IMG/VR virus record: IMGVR_UViG_3300035498_000263
Location: 1 to 64,000 of that record
DNA from: a virus
Taxonomy: Duplodnaviria > Caudoviricetes
Reading direction: 5' to 3' (one strand)
DNA: 64,000 bases
Within the stretch, counting starts at the first letter, position 1, and each line of letters begins with the position of its first letter. A model generated the notes under the pieces. It had not been told where the DNA came from. It saw only the letters and a list, made by a program, of their open reading frames with translations, and did not search any database. Both the position numbers and the translations under genes were made by a program. This document shows positions 32,401 through 41,346 of this stretch, piece by piece.

Positions 32401-35400
32401 TCTCACTTTAGAGATATTATTGCTGTTAGAGATGATCTTATGTCTAAAACTGCTAAAGACAGGCGTTCTGCTCGTAGTGCATATAATTTCTTTAGTCAAG
32501 CAGATTATATGGAAGAAGTTATGTCAGGTAAAAATCTTAAAGCTGCAAGTGTTGCTTCTGATACATTCTGTTCTGTATGTAATACTACCAAATCTAGTAT
32601 TAATAATTCTTTAACAGTTGTATATGATTTAAATAAAGATGATGATATTAAACTTGAAGAAATTGAAGAAGCCTATCCAGATTGTGAAAAAGTTTATGAA
32701 GATGGAAAAGTAGTTAAAGTAATTGTTCGTCATAATAGAATAGGTTGGAGTAATAATAACAGAAATGTTAGAGGCAGATTTATTACTGTATATACTTCTG
32801 AAACAACTGCACATCATCTTGACGCTGTTAAGGAAGGTGGTATTATGAACGTTAATGAAGTAACATTTGGTGTTTATAAGTTATTTACTACTTTAGGAAG
32901 TGATTTCCAAACTGCTATATCATTTATTATGCAAAATGGTATTTCACGTATTCTAAGAGCTTATGATGCAAGTAATTCTATCTTTGGCAATAATTATGGT
33001 CGTGACTATAAAACTTCTGCTTTACGCTCGTTAGCACTCGAAATGGGTCTTGAAAATATCTCCATATATTCGTCAGAGAGCGATATTTTAAACGCGATTG
33101 AAGAAAAGTATGGCGACAAATTTAGAGCGTTCCTAAAGCAAAATATGGGGCTTACAGAGGCACAATCTAAGGCATTCCGATTCTTTGATAAAATGAGTGA
33201 CATAGGAGGGCAAATACCTGTAAGCTATAATGTAAATAAGTCTAAGATAAAGTTTGAAGATGCTGATCATTCTGCTATTATTGATGATGAAACATTTAAT
33301 GAAATTGCGCTTGAAAATAAGTTTTATGATTTAGCTGTTATGATGCAGTATGCTTATCTTGAAAGAATAGCTAATAAAGTACAAGAATATGCTAGAGTTT
33401 GTAACCCTGATAAGTTTGGTGGTAAACAAAGTCTATTTGAAACTGAAGAAGTATTTAATAATATATATAATCTTATATCTGAAAGAAACTTAGATGATAG
33501 TATTATTATAAATGCTGAAAGAGAAAATGCTGAAGGTAAATTTGAACAAAAGAATATGCTTGAAGCTATTTACCCTGGTATATTTAATGAAACAAAATCT
33601 AATGAAGAAAATGTTAGAGCATTTGTTGCATCTCCGTTTAATACTGAAGAAAGTTATTATCCTAGTCTTTATGCTTTCTTAAAGTATGGTACTGGTTTTA
33701 GTTTACAACTTGGTCGTAAAATATTTGAAACTCGTGATCCTAAATTTGTTAATATAATTAGAAGTATTGGTACTTCTATGGGTGTTAGACTTACTGAAGA
33801 ATTATATAATAATTTTGAAAATTTTGTTCTAAGACATGCTCTTATAAATAATTTTCAAGAAAAAGATATAATACACATATTTGGTTATGATAGCACATTG
33901 CTAGTTGATTTTACTTGTGATGATGTAAATAATCCTACTCAAGAAGAAAAAGACGCATTTGATGCTTTATCTCCTGCACAGAAAGTTGGATGGATAAAGC
34001 GTAATTCTACTAATGCTGGTATATTTAGTATGCTTGATGTTAGAACTAAACCTAGAAAGTTTAATAATAGATTTGGTTATACTCCTCAAGTAATTAGTTA
34101 TAGTGGTGATAGTAGAAATATAGAAGTTGCTATTAATGCTTTTAACGAAACTGCTAAATCAGATAATTATTTTATTCAAAGTGCATTAAACAGTCTTGTA
34201 GAATATGCTTTAGTTGTTGAAGGTTTTGGATTTGGTAGACGCAAAATTAGTAAGATTATTTCTAATGAATTTCTTATTGATGAAGGTTATAGAGATTTTC
34301 TTGAAAATAATAAGAAAACATTGATGCTTAATCTTATGACTAATGATGCTTCTGGTTTAAATCTTATTGATGATGATGGCAATACTGATTCTATAGCTAC
34401 TGATAATGAAGTTGTAACTAATTTTGTAAGAAGTCATAGTAATAAAATTAGAATATTTAATAATATTGATGAAAATAATAGACCTATATTACTTTCAACT
34501 AGAGATGTTAAAGGCGCATCAACTAGTAGAATGTTATATGCTGGTAATATTTATAATACTGAAGAAGAACAAACTAAAAAAGTTACTGCTTCTGGACTTG
34601 TAACTATAAATGAAAATACCGGTGTTGTTGATTGGAAACATTTTATTAGAATTAGAACTAAAAATGATACCACATTATATAAAGCTTATTTTGATGAAAA
34701 GACAGGTAATCTTTATTATATGCCTATGAATCTTCTTGAAGAGGAAGAAGATTCTAAATTTAGTTTTGTTCGTAGTAATAATAGATTTGAATCTGAAGAA
34801 TATTTTATTATTCAAGCTAAACTTCATTCAGCAGGCGAATCTATAAATATTGCAGAAAGAAATCAATATAAAGCTCCTTCATTTAAAGATAAAACTAAAT
34901 TTATATCATTTGATATGAATGGAGATGCAAATGCTTTTGATAATGTTTATAGAGCAGATTTGGAAGATCAACTTAAAGCTATTAGAGATTTTGCCAATAG
35001 ACAAGATTCAGGTAAAGTTCTTTATGTTATAAGTTCTTATTTTAAAAATAAACTTAAAAATGATAATGAATTTACAGATCAAGTTGTTGATGGAAAAAAT
35101 TATAGAATAATAAAAATGCGTTCTTATAAGTCTAAACTTGCTAAAGATGTTAAAGGACTTAAAGATAATCATAGTTATAAGCTTACTGGTAGTGATAGAT
35201 ATCAAGAATTTGTTAGAAAGATTGCTGCACAACAAACTAATGGTGGTATTAATTCTGCTTATGCTATAATAGAAACATCAGATATTGGCGAAGGTGATGG
35301 CAAAGTTAATATTAAAACTATTAATTCTGCTAAATATTCTACAGCTGATGAATATGCTAATGAAGTTTTAACTGATATTCAAGTTGAAGCAAGAAGTGGT

Positions 35401-38400
35401 GATACTGAAGCTGCTAGCGTACTTAGAGATTTAAGAGCTATGGGTATTATAACTGATAGTGAAGAAAGTGTAAATGCTAATATTAAGAATGTTTATGCTA
35501 GAATATCTAAGTTTGTAAATTGGAATGCTAATAACTTTAAAGATAAGATTAAAGAATATATTACAAATCCTGATACTGGTGAAACGTTTAGTATTAATTC
35601 TCCGGAAGTTCTTCGTAAAATTATGGAAGATGAAGAATTTAGAACTGAATTTCTAACATTCCTAAATAGTTTTAATTCATTTGTTAATAGATATAGTAAT
35701 GTTGCATTAGTTGAAATTGATTCTGCTGATCCTGAATTACAGTCTTTTATACAAACTATGAAAGATTCTATGTCTATTCTTGCAAATAATGCTGATATAC
35801 AAGCTGCTAGAAAAGCATTTATTAATGTTTATCTTAAAGCTATATCAACTGACCCTCTTATTCAATCAGATATTATTTCTCTTACTGATGGTTATAATAA
35901 CATTAATATGCTTGAAAGAATGTTTACTGACCCTAGAGAAATGGGTATTCCTTTGTTGCAAGTTGTATTCAAAGAAGTGCTTAGTAATGTTGATAGAGAA
36001 CAGTTTATGGGAACTGAAGCTGCTAAAGATTATGAAACTACAATTCAAAATATTAGACAAGCTGCTGTTTCTGCTGGTATAAATATTGACATGAATAAAA
36101 TTATTGATTCTAATGGTAGATTTGCAACAACATATAATGATAAACTTAGAGAAGATTATAAAGCTAAGAAAGAAAATGTTGAAAATCTTAGACGCGATAA
36201 AGGTGAACAAAGTGTTGAATATCTTTATGCTAAACGTGAATTTGATAGATGGAAAAATCAACATTTTGAACTTCCTATTGTAAAAGAATATTATGATAAA
36301 TTATATGCTATTGAAGATGAAGCTATTGCTGCTGATGTAAATAATTTTTATGCTTATGAAAGTCTTGGTATTGAAGAAATGCAAGCCAAACATGATTATG
36401 CAGAAAATCCTACAGCTGAAAATAAGAATAAATTAATAGCATTAAGTGCAAGAAAGTCACAAATGTTATCATTAGCTAACAAAAATGATAAAGAAGTTGC
36501 TAAAGCTAAAGCACTTAGAAAATATATTCAAGAAATAAGTAAACTTAGAAAAGAATATTTTGAAGCTAAAGATAAAACTATGTTTAATGATTATATCATT
36601 AAATGTATCAATACTCTTAATTCATTTGAAAAGCGTGATCCAAATGGTAATGTAACAGTTCCTATGGACCAACTTATGCTTAATGAAGATTATAAGCAAG
36701 CAAGTGAATGGCTTAAAGAAAATGCTACATTTGTTCCTAGTAAAGATTTACAAGAATTTATTAACAAAGTAGATGATGCTTTTGATATAGCAAGTAAATC
36801 TGCCGGAATATATTCTACAATAATTAAATCTGCTGATGCATATGATGCTTATGGCGTAGTTGATGGAACTAAACTTAGTGATGCTCAACGTGCTGCTATA
36901 AAAGCTGAAATGGAAGAAAAGTATGGTACTACTAAGTCAGGAAGTAAACTTATTAGAAATAAAACTGTTAATTCAGAATTAGTCTTTAATGATGATTTTT
37001 ATGATTTATTTATGCCTAATTCTAAAGGTAAAGTAACTCGTAATTATGCTGCTTTATCAAAAGAGATTAATGAAATACTTGCTAAAGTTTATAATCCTGT
37101 AACAGGTCAAGTTAATACTGCTAATCTTAGTAAAGAAGATCTTATTAAACTTGCTGAAAAGTATGCTAAAATATCTGAATATAGTCACTTTATAAGAAGT
37201 AAAGTAGCTCGTAAAAAATTAGCTGCTAGTCTTGAACAAAATATTGATTTTGTAGTAGACGAAGCTAGATTTAATGAAGAATATGCTAAAGTAAAAGGTA
37301 CTGAAAAAGAAGACGCATGGTTGACTGCAAATCAAATGGCTATTACAGATGATTCAGATAATATTATAGGATATGAACCTAATAATATGTTATATGGATA
37401 TGCTAAACCTAAAGGTATCGAATATGAAATTAAAGTAGATAATAAGGGTATTATAACAGAAATTACTACAAATGACGGAAGTGATGTTAGTAAGTATGTT
37501 GATGTTAAGAAAACTATAGCAAAAAGCATACGAGCTAACTTAATGCAAACTATAACAACAGATTATTATGCTACAGCTAGATTAAATGCTCAAAGCAATG
37601 GTAATTTTGAAGAGTGGTATGCTAATAATCATGTGTATAATCCTTATACTCAACAAATGGAACCTCTTAGATGTTGGACTACCAATCAATATAAGAATGT
37701 TGAATATCTTAAACCTGGTCAAGATTTTACTGATGGTAAGCTTCAATATAGATGGGAAGTTAAAAATAGTAGAGTAGGTACTCAAGTTAAAGAACAATAC
37801 AAAAATGCTAATCATAAAGATGTAGGTACAATACATAATTATAAACAAGGTTCTAATAGTATATACGATAATAATGTTTCTCTTAATCAATATGAGCAAC
37901 AAATTATGGAAACTATGCAGAATACTCTTTATAATATGGTACATACTGCTGCTGGTAAGCGTTCTTTAAGTAGAGGATTTGCTCCTAGTATGGCTAGAGG
38001 TGAAACTGAAAGAAATCTTAAATGGTATGCTAAACAAATAGGTATGCTTACAGGTTATTATGATAGTACAAATTTTGGTGAATTTACTGAAAATCTTGAA
38101 TATGGTAATGAACCTGATATGGATACTCCTATGATGGGACAACTTAAAAATAAACTTAGTCGTCCTTTACTCTATAAACGTAAGCGTGAAACATTTGCTA
38201 CAGATGAAGAATATGAAGCATATTCTAAGAGCATTGATGAACAAAATGCTAAGATTCGTGAAGATAACGAAAAAATTCATCAGGAAATGCTTAATAGAAA
38301 TTGGGATGAAGTTATGAAGCAATTTATAACTAGAACTTCTCGTTTTAATGCTTTACAAAATAATAAGCAACTTCTTTATTTTGCTTTGAATGAACTTCAG

Positions 38401-40263
38401 AACATGAGATATTATAATCAAAATGTTGGTCGAAGAATGATTCAAAGAGATAAAAAACGTAGTAGTACAAATAAGAAAGCTTATGAGAAAGTTAAATATG
38501 ATGAAGCTATTAAACTTTATCAAACTTTCATGCGTAGACTTATATATGGTCAGCATAAGAAAAACAATGGTATTCTTACAAGAAGTGCTAATGTTCTTCA
38601 AAATGTTACTTCAGCTAAATTTATGATGCTTAATGTTACAGGTGGTATCGGAAATGTTCTTTATGGTGAAAAAGAAATATTTGGTGAATGGATTGCTAAA
38701 GAATATTTTGGTGCTAAAGATTGGGCTATAGGTAAAGCTCTTTGGGTACAATCTATTCCTAGTTTCTTAGCTAATATGTATAGCGATAAAGCTAATAGTC
38801 TTCCGGATGGTCTTATTAAGTTAATGAATGTAGTTGATTTTGATAGAATTAATGAGTTGTCTGTTAAAGGTGTTTCTGGTTTCTTAAAGAACTTTAGAAA
38901 TGCTATGTATGGTCTTAATTCAATGGGTGAACATTTTATGCAAAATGGTGCTTTGCTTGCTATGTTCAGTAATCATAGACTTGTTCAACTTGAAGATGGA
39001 ACATATAAAGTAATGAATATTGACCAATATAAGCGTCAATCTGAACTTAAAGCTTTTAAAGAGATTTGTGAAAAGTATCATCTTGAAGACCAATATGAAG
39101 CTTTTAAGAAGACTATTACTAATGATCCAAACTTAGCTAAAGAATATGCTCAACGTAGAGAATTTGTTATAAGTAGTTTCTTTAAATATAAACTTAAAGA
39201 TTATGACAAAATTAATGAATTTACTACTCTTAGAGAAAAGTATGAAAAAGAAGCTGAAACTAAGTTTAATGAATATTCATTAATGATGGATCAGTTTGAA
39301 CTTTCTGATGGTTATGCTAAGTTTAAAGAAGATAGTATTCTTGGACAAATGGATAAGAAAGATGCTTATAAACTTCTTGCATTATTCAAACAAAAGATTA
39401 TTGCTGTAAATACTCATATTCATGGTGTATATGATAGACTTGGTGCTGCTAAAATTGAACAAGAATGGTATGGTAGTTTAGTAATGCAATATCATAAACA
39501 TATTCCTAGCGGTATTACTAAGAGATTTAGAAGACAAGGTTATTATCATGAAATTAGAGAAACTGTTCAGAAAGGCTATTATACTTCTTTATTTGATTTC
39601 TTAGGAACTCCTATTAGAGAAATGAGAACTAATGCTTATATGACTGAAGGTCAAAAGATTAGTGCTATTGGTATTCAAGAATATTTTAAAGCTACTATTG
39701 ATTTCTTTAGACATATAAAAGCTAATTGGAAACTTCTTCCTGCTAGTGAAAGAAATAACATTAGAAGATGTCTTAGTGATATTATGGGATTTGTTTCTGC
39801 TGTTGCTTTCTCTGTTGCTATTAAATGTCTTGCTGATGATGACGATGAAGATGGATTGATGTATAATCTTGCAATATATTCAGCTGATAGACTTGCTACT
39901 GAATCTATTATGTATGTTATGCCTATGTCTTCATTTAAGCAACTTTATAATCAACCTGTTGCTGCAATGGCTTCTATTGAAGATTGTACTAAAGCAATGG
40001 ATATAATTAGTGCTTATATGCTATATGGCTCTAATTATGACTTTACTTATAAATCTGGTCTTCATAGAGGAGAAAATAAACTTACTAGTCTTGCTCTTAG
40101 AAATGTTCCTATTTATAGAGGTTTGCATCAAGCTTATAGTCTTAAAAAGAATAATAGATTCTATAAACTTAGAGATAATAATAATCAAAAGATAGCTACA
40201 AGTATTGCTAATGGTCTTAAAGGTAGAGATTATAGCACTGGTGGCTTAAATATGTGGTATTAA
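26461..40263 (+). CDS. Giant virion-packaged two-barrel RNA polymerase (crAss vRNAP)
   Basis: 4600 aa; catalytic DFDVD (GADFDVDSIY) at 31618-31632 and YRIPTEGKQS at about 31500, as in phi14:2 gp66-type enzymes. Confidence 0.9.
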   Translation: MACTLIVDDLFNNLPVNDQTLATFEELYASEGFANKYKQLHGEEFKELTIADLKDDEARQYKYKVFKTLKEMYTGTKVIDISFDSYLENLRSANTENNIGYFDNMTSRIEGVRVAASMMHDIYFQSFIAEGKNSNASNNADLQFYINSTKAAIRQECRSIVDDILADIKDGFIKDQEQINAVNTIWNSTRSEVEKVKAILSLSKAPVNKFWYSLLNEIENNSDAFFDEVLNDSRFQYLNRRLFGKRLENDLDAEDESANGIATTTYDTEDTEHVHLEDEGDGFSAHWENSVTLRNAMQHCDSFMRSYFNSLQELYSDGTVLTSAISDYGRNMDAEEIISFLINSTSKNNADEFLNDVERISQQVPSMYGLRRFVEDLRASNDMKNYFFTLFAKHVTSKVMIEQTNERVNSRVHNRSSDRMWSLTERMRQEFQANAVIFSTNRFSNELATTRSFRDTIIDSFKKKNNINEAKTNYDLYKDKEYENKDYNSLSIEEKEEATKYLAAKKIIDNYNEALNNFVYWYTSIIRNYCPSIDESVVNAYLIYNKTINGQTDINFTVANNATELYKLLENLVKAGITVKNDYEKNVVEPRNAKIKKKNELLENIEDIADDKFAESIKNEAKDLQREINELNSNVDYVESAMGEITALSKAIAPFTVVKTDLNSVNAEGNMSSDIVQNNWITSFNKKFESRDALEKFAAEKFRNTQYNYSNILIERRNGKDIINRGLFYYDERQQAYVPTSYATELFTIQLFNGVKNQDTEAGKLTTGLSHSDFIASAFANFFDVTGLKEYGTNLEHIDMARYFLRTQSDAPNTYTITAPKYAIRGLLTPSIEDINEARVSLKELYSTIKINDKIKENKKDDEYSLTTYNLLRYLSNPGKYDHSMGGSTIRNNTVVKKINGYDVYVKLEGVAIIHNGKNYLTKVKITEVSTDIEKNVGLNNIIEARLLDENIRKGNVTYSVNTNHPLFHQFMNVALQEINDMGAFIYEVFDLDNQGYVIGEFKDGKYVPKVRDKYKQYGKDILRHFYKNYHYNGQLFTEDSNGNFHMTGNLFKSDRFVIYDERTGKVVNYGNEFLSKFIDFLNTTTKIENRVIITAKNGKYTGIQLSDYQKAALTNMIQRYISDFVRNQIQEIRPYESVLREYNRNANDYAEFALNYALMYSISNDLLEGDTKFYKNSQDVLKRAKEDQMGGIPFGIADFRRGELDRTEEINDTLAKDNVTCVSNTLTNERVPIRSKTTFNAITIKNTVRTSEDIKEQAKHLRNIGWSNEKIERVLGLMINEKGEVVENGISGFINTKTNDAQSYITFAEWVRRITAMGEYPKYKALIQKISSGEKLTPSEVETFIQVQKNVYYDLHYNSELNVYAPRQIKNAEFVLVPQFIEGTDLEKVYNFMMANGIDQLNTEETSKAGKANVFTIWDNDGKLQNLNELANQVALSPEGIETFSYNYLYRQQEVHQHVDAVNKAGIQIMKKILDNIPKGHKLYEVKQELFDLYSNNIVSSYESILRLVDAKLDKNGNVIFDEDGIMNFDQKVFFARLYEEAKRVGINSNDLAFLTLDADGNTIMPTWLSSFRNKLESIVQSVVNKNVTRQTLPGFHAAQVTGVGIKFGGKNNTNTVTTDTTGRLRYHPKINGKQENYIEVLIPRSKIFDGYTDEQIFSKGEDGLNMLERAGIDKIIGYRIPTEGKQSVAVMKIVGFVDKAQGSTIIVPDDWVSQTGADFDVDSIYAINYVLNKTKDGIERIQYLEDKDKSEEEIEFNRVNRFIDYVNEVYEDARRRYDDYSQFSSDKKALFTEAKKEFKEQKDKTHAEFKEKINSSEEKSLRDELKKTNKEIIDVVDDLLQTKSEPYLERVKAVIDYLQDKVDEQASPVEDSALQKYLDLYKSIKLDIDVFEQFLDKKKVEIYGAAAKAVLKLKIDYYNSKIDLLANKLGVEHLMKYEDFIKQSVAKQNSTSRRNTQLLDDMIKIASSDTSLEETLTGSHFRDIIAVRDDLMSKTAKDRRSARSAYNFFSQADYMEEVMSGKNLKAASVASDTFCSVCNTTKSSINNSLTVVYDLNKDDDIKLEEIEEAYPDCEKVYEDGKVVKVIVRHNRIGWSNNNRNVRGRFITVYTSETTAHHLDAVKEGGIMNVNEVTFGVYKLFTTLGSDFQTAISFIMQNGISRILRAYDASNSIFGNNYGRDYKTSALRSLALEMGLENISIYSSESDILNAIEEKYGDKFRAFLKQNMGLTEAQSKAFRFFDKMSDIGGQIPVSYNVNKSKIKFEDADHSAIIDDETFNEIALENKFYDLAVMMQYAYLERIANKVQEYARVCNPDKFGGKQSLFETEEVFNNIYNLISERNLDDSIIINAERENAEGKFEQKNMLEAIYPGIFNETKSNEENVRAFVASPFNTEESYYPSLYAFLKYGTGFSLQLGRKIFETRDPKFVNIIRSIGTSMGVRLTEELYNNFENFVLRHALINNFQEKDIIHIFGYDSTLLVDFTCDDVNNPTQEEKDAFDALSPAQKVGWIKRNSTNAGIFSMLDVRTKPRKFNNRFGYTPQVISYSGDSRNIEVAINAFNETAKSDNYFIQSALNSLVEYALVVEGFGFGRRKISKIISNEFLIDEGYRDFLENNKKTLMLNLMTNDASGLNLIDDDGNTDSIATDNEVVTNFVRSHSNKIRIFNNIDENNRPILLSTRDVKGASTSRMLYAGNIYNTEEEQTKKVTASGLVTINENTGVVDWKHFIRIRTKNDTTLYKAYFDEKTGNLYYMPMNLLEEEEDSKFSFVRSNNRFESEEYFIIQAKLHSAGESINIAERNQYKAPSFKDKTKFISFDMNGDANAFDNVYRADLEDQLKAIRDFANRQDSGKVLYVISSYFKNKLKNDNEFTDQVVDGKNYRIIKMRSYKSKLAKDVKGLKDNHSYKLTGSDRYQEFVRKIAAQQTNGGINSAYAIIETSDIGEGDGKVNIKTINSAKYSTADEYANEVLTDIQVEARSGDTEAASVLRDLRAMGIITDSEESVNANIKNVYARISKFVNWNANNFKDKIKEYITNPDTGETFSINSPEVLRKIMEDEEFRTEFLTFLNSFNSFVNRYSNVALVEIDSADPELQSFIQTMKDSMSILANNADIQAARKAFINVYLKAISTDPLIQSDIISLTDGYNNINMLERMFTDPREMGIPLLQVVFKEVLSNVDREQFMGTEAAKDYETTIQNIRQAAVSAGINIDMNKIIDSNGRFATTYNDKLREDYKAKKENVENLRRDKGEQSVEYLYAKREFDRWKNQHFELPIVKEYYDKLYAIEDEAIAADVNNFYAYESLGIEEMQAKHDYAENPTAENKNKLIALSARKSQMLSLANKNDKEVAKAKALRKYIQEISKLRKEYFEAKDKTMFNDYIIKCINTLNSFEKRDPNGNVTVPMDQLMLNEDYKQASEWLKENATFVPSKDLQEFINKVDDAFDIASKSAGIYSTIIKSADAYDAYGVVDGTKLSDAQRAAIKAEMEEKYGTTKSGSKLIRNKTVNSELVFNDDFYDLFMPNSKGKVTRNYAALSKEINEILAKVYNPVTGQVNTANLSKEDLIKLAEKYAKISEYSHFIRSKVARKKLAASLEQNIDFVVDEARFNEEYAKVKGTEKEDAWLTANQMAITDDSDNIIGYEPNNMLYGYAKPKGIEYEIKVDNKGIITEITTNDGSDVSKYVDVKKTIAKSIRANLMQTITTDYYATARLNAQSNGNFEEWYANNHVYNPYTQQMEPLRCWTTNQYKNVEYLKPGQDFTDGKLQYRWEVKNSRVGTQVKEQYKNANHKDVGTIHNYKQGSNSIYDNNVSLNQYEQQIMETMQNTLYNMVHTAAGKRSLSRGFAPSMARGETERNLKWYAKQIGMLTGYYDSTNFGEFTENLEYGNEPDMDTPMMGQLKNKLSRPLLYKRKRETFATDEEYEAYSKSIDEQNAKIREDNEKIHQEMLNRNWDEVMKQFITRTSRFNALQNNKQLLYFALNELQNMRYYNQNVGRRMIQRDKKRSSTNKKAYEKVKYDEAIKLYQTFMRRLIYGQHKKNNGILTRSANVLQNVTSAKFMMLNVTGGIGNVLYGEKEIFGEWIAKEYFGAKDWAIGKALWVQSIPSFLANMYSDKANSLPDGLIKLMNVVDFDRINELSVKGVSGFLKNFRNAMYGLNSMGEHFMQNGALLAMFSNHRLVQLEDGTYKVMNIDQYKRQSELKAFKEICEKYHLEDQYEAFKKTITNDPNLAKEYAQRREFVISSFFKYKLKDYDKINEFTTLREKYEKEAETKFNEYSLMMDQFELSDGYAKFKEDSILGQMDKKDAYKLLALFKQKIIAVNTHIHGVYDRLGAAKIEQEWYGSLVMQYHKHIPSGITKRFRRQGYYHEIRETVQKGYYTSLFDFLGTPIREMRTNAYMTEGQKISAIGIQEYFKATIDFFRHIKANWKLLPASERNNIRRCLSDIMGFVSAVAFSVAIKCLADDDDEDGLMYNLAIYSADRLATESIMYVMPMSSFKQLYNQPVAAMASIEDCTKAMDIISAYMLYGSNYDFTYKSGLHRGENKLTSLALRNVPIYRGLHQAYSLKKNNRFYKLRDNNNQKIATSIANGLKGRDYSTGGLNMWY

Positions 40264-40275
40264 AACTTTAATATT

Positions 40276-40920
40276 ATGTTTATTTGTCGTACAAAAAGTA
40301 TTGCTACACATGATAGTGTAACAGGTGAAAAAGGTAGAACTTTTATTGATAAGCTTCTAACTCCTTTTGCTAGAACACAAACTAAAACTATTGCTGAACA
40401 ACAAAAAGCAGGTGTAAGATTCTTTGATATTAGAACTAGATATTACACTCCTTCTTATCGTATGGAAGAAGCAGAATATTATAGTGATAAAGAAGAGAAA
40501 TGGATTTGTTGTCATGGTGTATGGGATAGTAAGAAAACATTAGATGATGTTTTAAGTCTTATTAATCAGTTTAGTACAAAGGAAGATCCTGCTTATGTTC
40601 AACTTGTTTGTGAACGAGAAAAAGATAATGAAAGATTTGCTGCAAATATTATTAATTGGATTAGAAGATTTAAAAATATAAAGTTTAATACTTTTGCTTA
40701 TAAGAAGCCTACATTTAAAAGTTGCGTTGTTTGTGGTAATGAATATGGAATAAATGAAGTTAAACTAACATTAGATATAATTCATATTGATAAACAACAT
40801 TGGTGGAATTATATTTGTCCTATTCCATATATTCTTTTTAAACTTCAAAAACGTAAAAATAAAATTGCTTTTACTTATGATGATACTAAGACTGATTTTC
40901 AGATGATAGACTTCTATTAA
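40276..40920 (+). CDS. PI-PLC X-domain phosphodiesterase-like protein
   Basis: ATHDS, RTQ, EQQKAGVRFFDIR and CCHG align by eye with bacterial PI-PLC catalytic motifs (GTHDS, TQ, Q..G.R.FDIR, HHG). Confidence 0.7.
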   Translation: MFICRTKSIATHDSVTGEKGRTFIDKLLTPFARTQTKTIAEQQKAGVRFFDIRTRYYTPSYRMEEAEYYSDKEEKWICCHGVWDSKKTLDDVLSLINQFSTKEDPAYVQLVCEREKDNERFAANIINWIRRFKNIKFNTFAYKKPTFKSCVVCGNEYGINEVKLTLDIIHIDKQHWWNYICPIPYILFKLQKRKNKIAFTYDDTKTDFQMIDFY

Positions 40921-40925
40921 CAAGG

Positions 40926-40990
40926 CTTCCCCCGTAGAAGAGTGAATTGTTTTTAATCAATTTATTCTCTATGGGGGAGTAATTATTTTT
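40926..40990 (+). terminator. Long hairpin built from two copies of the dispersed motif, ending the late operon
   Basis: tcccccgtagaagagtgaattg pairs with caatttattctctatggggga (G-T wobbles), followed by an AT/T-rich tail. Confidence 0.65.
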
Positions 40991-41000
40991 ACTAAAACTA

Positions 41001-41031
41001 TTGCATAATATATAGTAATGTCTTATATTTG
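41001..41031 (+). promoter_or_regulatory. Bacteroidota sigmaA-type promoter upstream of the tRNAs
   Basis: TTG (41001-41003), 20 nt, TATATTTG (41024-41031). Confidence 0.65.
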
Positions 41032-41243
41032 CAGTGTTAATACTATTGCCAACGAGATTGCGGTAGTCAAAAAGCGATGTACTTATTTCGTTTGTCTATA
41101 TAAGACTTAATATACATGATTATAAAGTTACTGCTGAAGATTATAGTTATCCTAGGAAAAATGAACTATATGAAAGCTTTATAATGGCTAATTACTTATG
41201 GATGTAGCGTAATGTAATTAGTGCTGGTAATAGTATTAATTTT

Positions 41244-41317
41244 GGTCCTATAGCTCAGTAGGTTAGAGCATCTGACTCATAATCAGACGGTCATAGGTTC
41301 AAGCCCTATTGGGACCA
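41244..41317 (+). tRNA. tRNA with CAU anticodon, likely tRNA-Ile2 (lysidine) rather than Met
   Basis: Full cloverleaf; stem tctga/tcaga with loop ctCATaa; GGTTCAA T-loop; acceptor pairs C4-G69 and C5-G68 (TilS determinants). CCA is not encoded. Confidence 0.85.
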
Positions 41318-41346
41318 CGCATTTTGATTGTGTTTGTTTTGATGAT

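Noticed and set aside
41190-41240. tRNA-like start GGATGTAGCGTAATG upstream of the first tRNA
   Set aside because: No anticodon arm, T-arm or matching acceptor strand could be formed.
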